Assembly (NCBI GenBank): GCA_963727445.1
Contig: CAVSGI010000010.1
Span: 928,001-992,000 of the forward strand
Direction of reading: 5' to 3'
Origin: an uncultured delta proteobacterium
GTDB taxonomy: Bacteria; Myxococcota_A; Polyangia; Polyangiales; B10-G4
Length of the DNA stretch: 64,000 bases
Below the pieces are notes generated by a model. The model did not search any database. It was not told the DNA's origin and was given only the letters and a program-made list of their open reading frames with translations. Below, in pieces: positions 20,981 to 32,653 of the stretch. The stretch's first letter is position 1. The number at the start of each line of letters is the position of its first letter. The translations under genes were made by a program, and so were the position numbers.

Positions 20981-22444
20981 TCAGTCCTCGAGCCCGGCCA
21001 CGTACTTGCGCACCGTGCGCCTGTCGAGCCCCGTGATCTTCGCCACCTCTACATAAGTGCCGTGGCGATCGTAGAGGAGCGCGCAGTAGCGAGACAGCAG
21101 CTCCTCGGCCGTGAGGTTGCCCGAGGCGAGCGCTCCCACCAGCCCCGCGGAGGCATCCGACCCGCTCCGGGTGTCGGGCGCGCAGGACTGGGTGAGCATG
21201 ATCCGGCGGATGCACTGCTCGAGCTCGCGAACATTGCCAGGCCAGTCGTAAGAGGCGCCGAGGTCGCGATCGATGGCGCCGCGAATCATCGGATAGATCT
21301 CCTCGGCGTCCTCGCCGACGAGCCGGGGGATCAAGCTGTGAAGCAGGTCGTCGAGCTCGCCCGGCTCCTCGGCCAATCGGGTCCGCAGCGGCGGCACCTG
21401 GATCACGTCGGAGGACAGCCGGTAATAGAAATCGTCGCGAAAACGACCTTCTCGGCGCAGCTCGTCGAGGGGCCGGTGGGTCGCGGCGACGACCCGCCCG
21501 GTGAACTTCCGCTCCTCGAAGCCCCCCACCGAGGTGTAGAGCCGCTCCTGGAGCACGCGCAGGAGCTTGATTTGCACCGGGATGGAGACCTCGCCGATCT
21601 CGTCGAGGAAGGCAGCGCCATGCGCGCGACAGCGGTCGAAGACACCCGGCCGAGCCGAGAGCGCCCCGGTGAAGGCACCCTTTTCGTGACCGAAGAGCGC
21701 CGACTCGATGAGTGACTCGGGGTACTGACTGAGGTTGATGGGGACGAAGGCCTCGGTGAAGGAGAAGCTGAAGCTCTTCTTCTTCGGGTCGTAGGGGATG
21801 AAGCCCGAGCGTCCGATGGCGGCCGCGGCCGCGCCCTTCCCGCTGCCGGTCTCGCCGAGGAGGATGGTCGAGAAATCCTCCATCCGGTCCCAGAGAAAGC
21901 GATCGTAGAGGCGGATGTCGTGGGTGAAGACCGAGTTCCACAGGCTCTCGCGGAGCAGGCGCATCGATCGGCTGCGCCCCACCAGGCCCCCGGCGATGAA
22001 GAAGAAGGCCCGCCGCATCTGAAAGAAGAGGGTGAGCATCCGCTGGGCCCGCTCCTCGGCGATGCCGCAGGCCGCGAGCTCACCGAGCAGTGGCGGGGCG
22101 AAGGAGGCTTCGATCGGCGTCTCGCCCGCCGCGAGCTGGGCTTCGATGTGGGCGTCGAGATCGTCGACGTATCGGTGGAAGGCATCGAAGAGGATGGCGT
22201 GCTCGACGAGGCTCTCCTCCTCCCCTTCGAAGACGGCGGGCGAGATCGACCCCGCCCCAGCCAGGCCCTCGAGGGCACTCGTGACCCGCTCGATCAGTCG
22301 CGCGAGCACGTTCGGGTCGTCGGCGCTCGTCTGGGCGATGCGCTCGTCGAGCTCGTCCCGCTCCCGGCTGAAGGGATTGACGAAGGCCGCCTGGGAGATC
22401 AGCTGAAAGAGCTCGCGCTGGGCACCGGTGAGATTTCGAGCCAT
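20981..22444 (-). CDS. Sigma-54-dependent transcriptional activator (bEBP) without a receiver domain
   Basis: GETGSGKG, LFGHEKGAFTGA, FLDEIGE, RFRDDFYYRL, WPGNVREL and a C-terminal HTH. Confidence 0.95.
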   Translation of the reverse strand: MARNLTGAQRELFQLISQAAFVNPFSRERDELDERIAQTSADDPNVLARLIERVTSALEGLAGAGSISPAVFEGEEESLVEHAILFDAFHRYVDDLDAHIEAQLAAGETPIEASFAPPLLGELAACGIAEERAQRMLTLFFQMRRAFFFIAGGLVGRSRSMRLLRESLWNSVFTHDIRLYDRFLWDRMEDFSTILLGETGSGKGAAAAAIGRSGFIPYDPKKKSFSFSFTEAFVPINLSQYPESLIESALFGHEKGAFTGALSARPGVFDRCRAHGAAFLDEIGEVSIPVQIKLLRVLQERLYTSVGGFEERKFTGRVVAATHRPLDELRREGRFRDDFYYRLSSDVIQVPPLRTRLAEEPGELDDLLHSLIPRLVGEDAEEIYPMIRGAIDRDLGASYDWPGNVRELEQCIRRIMLTQSCAPDTRSGSDASAGLVGALASGNLTAEELLSRYCALLYDRHGTYVEVAKITGLDRRTVRKYVAGLED

Positions 22445-22525
22445 GAACACGGAGGGTACACAGGGTGAACAGCCCGTGTACTCCTCATACGTACGCTGCC
22501 GAGCGGGGCGGGATTCCCTCTTGGC

Positions 22526-23284
22526 TCACTTCACGATGCGCGCGAAGTCGTAGGTGCTGGCGATGCCCACCACTCCGTCGTCCACGAGGATGATCCGGCG
22601 GGCGTTCATGGTGAGCGCCTGATGGGCGGCGCGATAGAGCGCGAGATTCGCGGGGACCACCAGGATCTGGGGGTTCATCACCTCTTCGACCGGGGTGCGC
22701 GGGTCCATCGCGCGGCTCGACAGGGCGTCCGCTTGAGAGAAGGTCCCCAGCGGCCACTGCGCGTCGGCCACCACCAGGCCGTGCTTGTTGGAGGCCTCGA
22801 GACGGTCGACGGCGAGGGAGAGCGTGTCCTCCGGCTTCACCTTGACGATCGACTTGGTGGCGATCTCCGAGATGGGGCTCCGCACCCGCGCGTCGAAGAC
22901 CGCGCGCATCAGGTCCTTGGTGGAGACCACGCCCTTCGGCTCTCCGTCCACCTCGACGAAGACGCGATGCATGTGGCTCTTCAGCATGACTCTCGCGATC
23001 TCCGACAAGGGCGTGTCCTCGGAGACGATCACCGGATCGGGGGTCATCAGCTTTCCCACCGGCTCCTTGGAGACGCGGAAGGTCTCGTGAGGCTCCCCGG
23101 AGGAGGTGTCGATGAGGTCGGTTCGCGAGACCACCCCCACCAGTGATCCCTCGTGAATCACACCGAGCGCACTGATGTCGTGCTCGGTGAGGAGGCGCTC
23201 GGCGTCATCAGCAGAAGTCCCGACGTCGACCGTCCGGATGGGTGAGCTCATGTACTCGGAGGCGGCGACCGCGAACTTGCTCAT
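22526..23284 (-). CDS. CBS-domain protein (two CBS pairs)
   Basis: Repeated M-x2-P..LVGVVSRTDL, GVVSTKDL, GTFSQAD and GIASTYDF motifs. Confidence 0.9.
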   Translation of the reverse strand: MSKFAVAASEYMSSPIRTVDVGTSADDAERLLTEHDISALGVIHEGSLVGVVSRTDLIDTSSGEPHETFRVSKEPVGKLMTPDPVIVSEDTPLSEIARVMLKSHMHRVFVEVDGEPKGVVSTKDLMRAVFDARVRSPISEIATKSIVKVKPEDTLSLAVDRLEASNKHGLVVADAQWPLGTFSQADALSSRAMDPRTPVEEVMNPQILVVPANLALYRAAHQALTMNARRIILVDDGVVGIASTYDFARIVK

Positions 23285-23365
23285 GTACGCGAATTAATCG
23301 CCGAAACTGCCGACGCAAGAGCCCGTCCACTGAGATACTGTGGCGGTGAGGAGGGGGGGAGCGAG

Positions 23366-24847
23366 ATGCGAAATCCGCTGCGGTGGGGGGTCGTCGTGTT
23401 CTGCCTGGGGCTCGACCCGGCTCTCGCGACGGCGCAGGGGGACGAGGAGGGCGCCAGCGTCTCCGACGAAGCGGAGAGCGGAGACGCCGAAGCCGACCGA
23501 GCAGAGCAAGCGCCGGCCGAGGAGCACGCGCCGGGCGAGGTCTACTCACCGCCCGTCACCACCGTCAGTCTCGACAACGGCCTCGAGGTCCTCCTCCAGC
23601 CCGACGACCGCGCGGCGCAGGTCGCGGTCTGCACGGCGTACGGCGTCGGGAACCGCGACGATGCGACGGGCTACAGCGGTATCGCCCACCTGATGGAGCA
23701 CATGGCCTTTCGAGGCTCTGACCACGCGCCGGAGGGGTATCTGCAGATCCTGGAGAACGCGGGAGTGTCCGCTTACAACGGCGTCACCTCCTCGGACGAC
23801 ACGGTCTACTACTCGGTGGTGCCCCCAACGCGCATGGCGACGCCCCTGTGGGTCGAGGCCGACCGGATGGCCTATCTCCTCGACGGCATCGACGACGAGG
23901 ATGTGGAGGCGGAGCAGCAGATCGTCCGGCACGAGTGGGAAGAGCGAGGCGGTGGCACTTTCTACGAGGACATGCGGCGGGCCCTCGTCGACGAGCTCTA
24001 CCCACCCGGGCATCCCTACCGGCGCATGCCGGATGATCCCGACGACGTCGAGGCGGTAGATCTCTCCGACCTGCAGTGGTTCTTTCAACACTGGTACCAG
24101 CCGCACAACGCACGGCTCGCCGTGGTGGGTCGCTTCGACGAGGCCGAAGCGAGGCGGTTGGTGAACGAATGGTTCGGAGCGATTCGCCCCACCGGGCAAC
24201 GCGCCCGACGTCGGAGCGCCGAGCCGGTCGAGCTCACGGGCCAGACCACGATCCACATGCGGGGGGCGGTGAGTCGTTCTCGCGTCATCGTCTCGTGGCC
24301 GACGCCCGCTTCGATGACCGATGACGACGCGTCTCTGGCCGTCCTGTCCTGGGTCCTCGACGGCGCCACCGATCGCCGGCTCGAGGAGGCGCTCGTCAGC
24401 ACGCGCCTCGCGCGGAGCGTGGTCTCCCGCCAGGAAGGCGGCGAGCTCGGCTCGCGCTTCGTGATCGAGGCCACCTCGGCCATCGACCACAGCGCCGAGG
24501 AGCTGCTCACGGCGATCGACCGGGTCCTGGACGAGATGCGCGGCGAGCTGGTTCGCGAAGGCGAGCTGTCCACGGCGATCTCCGCCCTGCAGCGTAGCCT
24601 CCTGGGCGGCGAAGACGCCATCGGATGGCGCGCATGCAACCTGGCCCGCAGGCGCCCCGCCGACGGCGGTCACTACACGATCGAGTATGCGCACGACCGA
24701 TATGGGGAGGTGACGCAAGAGCGCGTGCAGGACGCGCTTCAGCGCCTGTTGCCCGCCGACCGCCGGGTGGTCGTGCTGCTGGAGTCCGACGAGGATGCTG
24801 GCGACGTCGAGATCGAACGAATCGATCGGCCGGGGAGCGCGCAGTGA
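23366..24847 (+). CDS. M16 family zinc peptidase, catalytic subunit
   Basis: Signal peptide; LDNGL; inverted zinc motif GIAHLMEHMAF; NGVTSSDDTVY; WYQPHNARLAVVG. Confidence 0.93.
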   Translation: MRNPLRWGVVVFCLGLDPALATAQGDEEGASVSDEAESGDAEADRAEQAPAEEHAPGEVYSPPVTTVSLDNGLEVLLQPDDRAAQVAVCTAYGVGNRDDATGYSGIAHLMEHMAFRGSDHAPEGYLQILENAGVSAYNGVTSSDDTVYYSVVPPTRMATPLWVEADRMAYLLDGIDDEDVEAEQQIVRHEWEERGGGTFYEDMRRALVDELYPPGHPYRRMPDDPDDVEAVDLSDLQWFFQHWYQPHNARLAVVGRFDEAEARRLVNEWFGAIRPTGQRARRRSAEPVELTGQTTIHMRGAVSRSRVIVSWPTPASMTDDDASLAVLSWVLDGATDRRLEEALVSTRLARSVVSRQEGGELGSRFVIEATSAIDHSAEELLTAIDRVLDEMRGELVREGELSTAISALQRSLLGGEDAIGWRACNLARRRPADGGHYTIEYAHDRYGEVTQERVQDALQRLLPADRRVVVLLESDEDAGDVEIERIDRPGSAQ

Positions 24848-26280
24848 CCCGCCTCCTCTATCCACTCGCCGTCCTTTCGCTGCTGGCTTGTGGGTCGCGG
24901 CCTCCGCTCCCCGAACCATCGTCGCCGCTCACGCCGACCCCGACCGGAGCGCTCCCGGCCCGCCCCCCCGACAACGACGCGGACGAGAGCGCGCCGCTGC
25001 CGGTCGCGCGCGAGTACCAGCTGGATACCGGGCTCACCGTGCGGCACGTCTACCGAGAAGGTTGGCCGCTGATCGGGATCTATCTCGTCAACTCGAAGGC
25101 GGGAGAGGTCTATCCCGCCGATCAGGCCGGCATCAGTCGGCTGGGCAACTGGTCGCTGGCGCGCTTCGCGAGCGGAAAGGTGGGCGGCGTCTCCATCAAT
25201 TCGTCGACGGGCTACGAAGGCGCGGACCTCCACGCCAACGTGCGGCCGCGCGAGGTGGCGGCGACGCTGGCGGCGCTCGGTGAAGCGCTCGCCGATCCCA
25301 CACCGCCCGACGCCACGATCGAGGACGTTCGAATCGCCCAGCTGAACGACATGCGTGACTATCAGCGCAGCTCTCTCGGCTCTGCGCTGGTCGTGGCCCG
25401 TGAGTATCTCTTCGGACGGGGGCACCACCTCAGCGTTTCTCCCCACGGCAGCGTCGCGGCGGTGGCCGACACCTCGCCCGACGATGTCCGTGCCTCCATC
25501 GCCGCGCGCTGGAACCCCTCGAACTGTGCTCTCGTGGTGGTCGGCGACATCGATCAGGCGACCCTCGACCCTCTGATCGCCTCCTCCCTCGCAGGCTTCG
25601 CGGAGCACGAGGGGGTCGACCCCGCCATCCAGCAAAGCGGCGAACGACCCGAGCGCTCGGTCTTCACCTTTCACGATGGCTCCGAAGCCGCCTCGGTCAT
25701 CCTGGTCGACCGCGCTCCCCTCGCGGGAGCCGACGACGTCCTGGCCTTCGCCGCCGTCATCGAGCTGACCGCCGGGGAGTTCAGCTCCCGGGTCAATCAG
25801 ACCCTCCGCGTACGTCATACGCTGACCTACGGCGCACACGGCTCCTACACCCGGTCACGCTTCGCTGGCTACTACTCGATCTCGCTGACGGTTCCCTCCG
25901 ACGAGGTGGCGCACGCGCTCGACATCGTCGAAGAGCAGATCCGAGGGGTGGTGGATGCCCCACCGACGCCCGCCGAAGTGCGCCGAGTGAAGCTGCTGAT
26001 GGAGTCGCATCTCCGTGCCGTCCTGGACGACAACAGCACGACCGCCTCCGGTCTCGCATACGGCTGGGTGCGCGGCCAGTCGCCGAACCTGTTCGACGAG
26101 CAGATCGGGAAGATCCGCGCGCTGACCGGCGACGACATTCATCGGGCAGCGCAGCAGTGGCTGCATCCGGGCGAAACCCCCATCGTCGTCGCCGGTGACC
26201 TCAATCAGATCCGCCCCCGACGAAATCTCGATCACCTCGGACCGGTTCACATCTTCGCCTTCCGGATCGAAGAGGACTGA
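24844..26280 (+). CDS. M16 peptidase partner subunit (lipoprotein, no HxxEH)
   Basis: GTGA overlap; lipobox LLAC; PSNCALVVVGD; FSSRVNQTLRVRHTLTYG (R/Y pair of the M16 beta subunit). Confidence 0.87.
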   Translation: MTRLLYPLAVLSLLACGSRPPLPEPSSPLTPTPTGALPARPPDNDADESAPLPVAREYQLDTGLTVRHVYREGWPLIGIYLVNSKAGEVYPADQAGISRLGNWSLARFASGKVGGVSINSSTGYEGADLHANVRPREVAATLAALGEALADPTPPDATIEDVRIAQLNDMRDYQRSSLGSALVVAREYLFGRGHHLSVSPHGSVAAVADTSPDDVRASIAARWNPSNCALVVVGDIDQATLDPLIASSLAGFAEHEGVDPAIQQSGERPERSVFTFHDGSEAASVILVDRAPLAGADDVLAFAAVIELTAGEFSSRVNQTLRVRHTLTYGAHGSYTRSRFAGYYSISLTVPSDEVAHALDIVEEQIRGVVDAPPTPAEVRRVKLLMESHLRAVLDDNSTTASGLAYGWVRGQSPNLFDEQIGKIRALTGDDIHRAAQQWLHPGETPIVVAGDLNQIRPRRNLDHLGPVHIFAFRIEED

Positions 26281-26552
26281 ACCGCCGCCGAGACCCCCCT
26301 GGATCATCATTGGTTGCGCGGGCCGACTGAATCATTCGCGCTGTAAAGGGCGGTCTGTGAGCTAGGACAGGCCGCCCCCGATTTGCCGTGGCAGCCCCCC
26401 GAAGGGCGACACATGGTGTGCTTGTCCAAGGCCTAGCTTCCCGCCACGTCGCGACAACAGCGCAGGCGGTCGATGCAAATGACACGTTTGTAATGTGCGT
26501 CCCCGCCGGGGCGTGCAGACGGACTCCTCCAACCTCACTCCCCGAGTACCCA

Positions 26553-27566
26553 ATGATGCGAATCTCCCGTGCAACGCTGGCAGCTCTTCCGCTGCTGTTA
26601 CTCCCCCTCTTCAGCGCCTGCTCCGCTTCGAACAGCGGTTCAGCCGGCACACCCGATGTCGTAGCTCTCCCCATCACGGGAACGATCTACACCATCGTCT
26701 TCGAGAACCACGGCGTCGATGCCGTCTTCGATCCCAAGAACACCTACTTCAATCAACTCGCCCAGGAGTACGGCACGGCCGACGCGTACCTCGCGAACGA
26801 CCATCCGAGCCTCACCAACTACATGAGGATGACCTCCGGGACCAACCAGGGCTTCGGCGACAACGGCCCGCCCTCCCAGCACCAGGCGGACGGATCCGAC
26901 AACCTCGCCGATCAGCTGGACGCCGCTGGGATCACCTGGCGCGCGTACATGGAAGACATGGTCGACCCGTGTCGGATGACCGACAACGGCAAGTACGCCG
27001 TCAAACACAACCCCTTCGTCTACTACACGTCCCTGACCAACGACCAGGCCCGCTGCGATGAGCACGTGGTCGACTTCGACCAGCACTTCACCGAGGACCT
27101 GGCGGCGAACCAGTACAAGTACATGTGGATCACCCCCAACATGTGCCACAGCATGCACGACTGCGACACCACCGTGGGCGATGCGTGGCTGGCCGAGGTC
27201 ATCCCACAGATCATGGCCTCCCCCGGCTACCAGGAAGGCGGCGCGATCTTCGTCCTCTTCGACGAGGGTGACGCCGACGCGACCTACGCGTGGTCCCTGG
27301 TGTTCAAACGCCCCCAGAACGTCCCCGCCATCGTCATCTCCGACAAGCTGGTCTATCCGGGCTTCGTCTCGGACACGACCTACACCCACAACTCGTACCT
27401 GGCGACCATCGAGGATGCCTTCGGGCTCCCGCGCCTGGCGACCACCCAGGAAGCGACGCCGATGGCCGACTTCTTCATCCCGGACGCGTTCCTGCCCGCC
27501 GATCCCGCGCTCGGCACCGGAGCAACGACGACGACAACCGGCGGCAGCGGAGGCACGGCTCCCTGA
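26553..27566 (+). CDS. Phosphoesterase (acid phosphatase/phospholipase C family) lipoprotein
   Basis: Lipobox FSAC; IVFENH, HPSLTNY, WRAYMED, YAVKHNPF, WITPNMCHSMHD, FDEG, HNSYLATIED. Confidence 0.9.
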   Translation: MMRISRATLAALPLLLLPLFSACSASNSGSAGTPDVVALPITGTIYTIVFENHGVDAVFDPKNTYFNQLAQEYGTADAYLANDHPSLTNYMRMTSGTNQGFGDNGPPSQHQADGSDNLADQLDAAGITWRAYMEDMVDPCRMTDNGKYAVKHNPFVYYTSLTNDQARCDEHVVDFDQHFTEDLAANQYKYMWITPNMCHSMHDCDTTVGDAWLAEVIPQIMASPGYQEGGAIFVLFDEGDADATYAWSLVFKRPQNVPAIVISDKLVYPGFVSDTTYTHNSYLATIEDAFGLPRLATTQEATPMADFFIPDAFLPADPALGTGATTTTTGGSGGTAP

Positions 27567-27665
27567 CGCCACTGGGGCGGGGCTGATGCGTGTCCCGTCC
27601 AGCCGATAGACGCATCGAGCACGGCCCGCGTACGCTCCCAGAGCTGCGCGGGCCTGGCTCGTCCG

Positions 27666-29415
<1,750 letters not shown>

Positions 29416-29416
<1 letters not shown>

Positions 29417-30273
29417 TGTTCGAGACGGTTCGGGAATATCGGAGCTTCGGGGGCCGACAGCTCTTCCTGAAGCATCAATCGGAGCTCTGCGGCGGGCCGA
29501 TGGAGCTCTCCGTGTACCTGCCGCCCCAGGCCGAGCGCGAGAAGGTGCCGGTCGTGTACTGGCTCTCCGGGCTCACCTGCACGGCGGCGAACTTCACGGA
29601 GAAGGCGGGCGCGCAGCGCATGGCGGCGGCGCTGGGACTCGCCATCGTCTGCCCGGACACCAGCCCGCGCGGCGGCGGCTACCCAGGCGAGGACGACCAC
29701 TGGGACTTCGGCACCGGCGCCGGCTTCTACGTCGACGCCACCGAGGAGCCCTGGTCGCGCACCTACCAGATGTACTCGTACGTGACGCGCGAGCTGCCCG
29801 CGCTGATCGACTCCGAGTTGCCGACGCTGGGTGAGGGTCATCGCTCCATCTTCGGACACTCGATGGGTGGTCACGGCGCTCTGGTGATCGCCTTGCGGGA
29901 GCCGGAGCGCTGGCGATCGGTGTCGGCCTTCTCCCCGATCTGCGCGCCCACGCGCTGCCCCTGGGGCGTGAAGGCCTTCGGTGGATACCTCGGAGACGAC
30001 CGCGAGGCGTGGAGCTCCTACGACGCGAGCGCGCTGGTTCGCGAGTCGACCCATCCGATCACCATCCTCGTCGATCAGGGTCTCGCCGACGGGTTCCTCG
30101 AAGAGCAGCTCCGGCCAGAGCTCTTCGAAGACGCATGCAAGGCCGGTGGCCAGCGCCTGTCGCTCCGCCGCCACGAAGGCTACGACCACAGCTACTACTT
30201 CATCGCCAGCTTCGTGGAGGACCACCTCCGCCACCACGCCGCCGCGCTCAAGGGCCCGGCCGGCGCGCCCTGA
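29416..30273 (+). CDS. fghA: S-formylglutathione hydrolase
   Basis: WLSGLTCT, PDTSPRG, GAGFYVDAT, GHSMGG, GYDHSYYF; coupled to frmA. Confidence 0.97.
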
Positions 30274-30281
30274 ATCAGGAG

Positions 30282-31922
30282 CTACTGCACGAGACCGAGC
30301 GTCATCAGCTCGGCGCAGCGCCCCTCCCGGATGGTGTCGGTGACCGTGGAGGGGTCGTCGATGACGAACACCCGCGGGGCCGACGGATCGTAGGCTGGCC
30401 AGGCGGGATCGGACATCGGCGCGCCCGAAGCGGCGAAGCTCGTCCAGGCGGTCTCCATGGTGTCCACCACCCGCCTATCGGCCGCGACCGGCGTGTAGCG
30501 CGGCAGCGTGTCGAGGGTGTCGAAGACGTAGACCAGCTCGAGGCCGTGGACGGATCCGAAGGCGGCAGCCACTCCTTCGAGCGTCTTCGTGAAGTGATAG
30601 GCATAGGTAGGCTCCCCGTCGGAGCTCGCCGCCGCGAAGGACATGGCGGGACAGATGAAGCCGATGTCCGAGAACAGGGCGTTGAAGGCGGCCTTGGGCG
30701 TGGCGAAGTCCGACGCCGGGTAGAGCGCGAGGACGTCATCGGCGACGAGGGGGAGCCGGGCGCGGACCACCGCTTCGTAGGTGGCCGCGTCGGGGATGCT
30801 GATGGCCACGGTGAAGCTGTCGGCCTCGTCGGCGTTCGAGCCGATGATGATCGGGACGTCGTTGCCCTCGCCGCGAGAGAAGAGAGCGTGGGTGTCGTCG
30901 GTGATGACGGCGCCGTCGATGTTGGGGCCGATGTTCGGCAGGCCCAGGCCGCTCGCCGAGAGGCCGGCGGTGGCGGTGACCACGTCGCTGGCGCTCGCCG
31001 CGCGCGCGCACGCGAGCGGATCGGGCTCCGTGTCGCAGCCCAGGTTGGCGATGAGCTGGTCGCCCTGGTCGATGGCGCTCGGTGAGAGCGCGGTCGCGGC
31101 GTCGAGGTGAGGCAGGCCGTAGCAGCCAGCGCCGCTCTCGATGATCGCGCTCTGGAAGAGCCCGGCGGAGAGCGGAGAGCCCAGGTGCTGGCAGACCGAA
31201 ACCCCGCCCGCCGATTCGCCGAAGATCGTCACCTGCGCAGGATCGCCCCCGAAGGCCGCGATGTTGTCGCGCACCCAGGTGAGGGCGAGGATCTGATCCT
31301 GGATGCCGTAGTTGCCGGCGCTGCCATCGTCGCTCTCCGCGACCAGGGCGTCGGTCGCGAGGAAACCGAGCCCGCCGAGGCGGTAGTTGAGGGTGACCAC
31401 CACTGTGCCTCCTTCGCGGGCGAGGGCGGCGCCGTCGTAGACGGGGAGACGCGACGAGCCCTGGATGAAGGCGCCGCCGTGGATGAAGACCATGACCGGG
31501 CGCGGCGTCGCCGAATCGGCGAAAGCCCAGACGTTGAGCGTCAGACAGTCCTCGTCCCCGACGAGCATCGGCGGAGTGCTGTCGTCGAACTGGGGACACA
31601 TGGCAGAGAAGTCGGTCGCGGCGAAGGTGTCCGCGAACGGCTCGGCCGGAACGGGCGGACGAAAGCGTCGGTCGCCCGTCGGCGGCGCCGCGTAGGGGAT
31701 GCCTTTGTAGATGTAGAGGTCGTCGCCGTCCTCCGTGCCCATGACCACGCCGGACGCGGTGCGTGCATACGGACCCGGCGGTAGCGCAGCATCCAGGTCG
31801 GCGTCCGCGCTCGCGTCGGTGCTGCCGTCGCCCGTGCCTCCGTCGCCGGGCCCCGTGTCGTCACCACCGCAGGCAACCCAGGCGAACACCAGAACGAAGA
31901 GCGGAGATCGAAGCGCGGTCAC
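30282..31922 (-). CDS. Type-B carboxylesterase lipoprotein
   Basis: Lipobox WVAC; GIPYAAPP, EDCLTLNVW, HGGAF, GESAG. Confidence 0.95.
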   Translation of the reverse strand: MTALRSPLFVLVFAWVACGGDDTGPGDGGTGDGSTDASADADLDAALPPGPYARTASGVVMGTEDGDDLYIYKGIPYAAPPTGDRRFRPPVPAEPFADTFAATDFSAMCPQFDDSTPPMLVGDEDCLTLNVWAFADSATPRPVMVFIHGGAFIQGSSRLPVYDGAALAREGGTVVVTLNYRLGGLGFLATDALVAESDDGSAGNYGIQDQILALTWVRDNIAAFGGDPAQVTIFGESAGGVSVCQHLGSPLSAGLFQSAIIESGAGCYGLPHLDAATALSPSAIDQGDQLIANLGCDTEPDPLACARAASASDVVTATAGLSASGLGLPNIGPNIDGAVITDDTHALFSRGEGNDVPIIIGSNADEADSFTVAISIPDAATYEAVVRARLPLVADDVLALYPASDFATPKAAFNALFSDIGFICPAMSFAAASSDGEPTYAYHFTKTLEGVAAAFGSVHGLELVYVFDTLDTLPRYTPVAADRRVVDTMETAWTSFAASGAPMSDPAWPAYDPSAPRVFVIDDPSTVTDTIREGRCAELMTLGLVQ

Positions 31923-31934
31923 AGTCGCGAATCC

Positions 31935-32612
31935 TCAGAATGCGTAGCCGAAGCTGATGCGCGCCCGGAACAGCCCGCCATCTCCGAGCGGCGGGTTCCC
32001 CCAATAGCCGCCCCCGTTGAAGATGATGCTGAGCATCGCGTGGTCGCCGAAGAGCGCTTCGAGGCCGAAGACGCCCCAGAAGCCACCGTCGTAACGCACG
32101 ATTCGGCCGCCTGGCTGGTCGAGTGAATTGAAGCCGGTGCGAAGCTCGGGGCCGATGACGATCTTGAAGACCCGCGGCAAGGCGATGTCGACCAGGAGCG
32201 CCACGTCACCGCCGCCGCTGATCGAGGGACCGAACTCGCCGATCAAGAAGTAGGGCGCCACGCGAATACCGAGGGCGGCCCGCCGGCCGTGAAGCGGTGT
32301 CCAGCGAAGCGGCAGCCGTCCGGCGAAGCCGACCTCCTGACGGTCTCCGTCCCAAGCGGGGCGTCCGTAGGTGACGCCGAGGATCACGCCGATGTCGAAG
32401 TTGGCGAGAATGCCGATGTGGAGGTTGAAGCTGCTCTCGGGCCAGCCGCTCGAGAAGCCCACCACCACCCCCGTCCGGTCGACGGTGTGCGCGCCGAAGA
32501 GCGTGGGCGTACGGCCGGTGGGGTACTGCGCGTGCGCGGTGCTGCTGGGCGCGAGCGCGATCAGGAATGCCGCGAATGCGACGCCGGCGAGCCATGACGC
32601 GATGGTGTTCAT
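31935..32612 (-). CDS. Exported, probably outer-membrane beta-barrel protein
   Basis: Signal peptide AHA-Q; Gly/aromatic amphipathic strands; terminal RISFGYAF. Confidence 0.65.
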   Translation of the reverse strand: MNTIASWLAGVAFAAFLIALAPSSTAHAQYPTGRTPTLFGAHTVDRTGVVVGFSSGWPESSFNLHIGILANFDIGVILGVTYGRPAWDGDRQEVGFAGRLPLRWTPLHGRRAALGIRVAPYFLIGEFGPSISGGGDVALLVDIALPRVFKIVIGPELRTGFNSLDQPGGRIVRYDGGFWGVFGLEALFGDHAMLSIIFNGGGYWGNPPLGDGGLFRARISFGYAF

Positions 32613-32653
32613 CGGCGCGAAATCGCAGCACGGCGACCCAGCGCTGTAAAGCA

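Noticed and set aside
26474..26495. Possible Pho box upstream of the phosphoesterase (ATGACAcgtttGTAAT)
   Set aside because: The half-sites lack the 11-bp direct-repeat spacing; too weak to call.
32625..32641. Fourth sigma-54 promoter (minus strand, GG-N10-GC) before the beta-barrel gene
   Set aside because: It lacks both the GGC and TTGC cores and is likely to occur by chance in GC-rich DNA.
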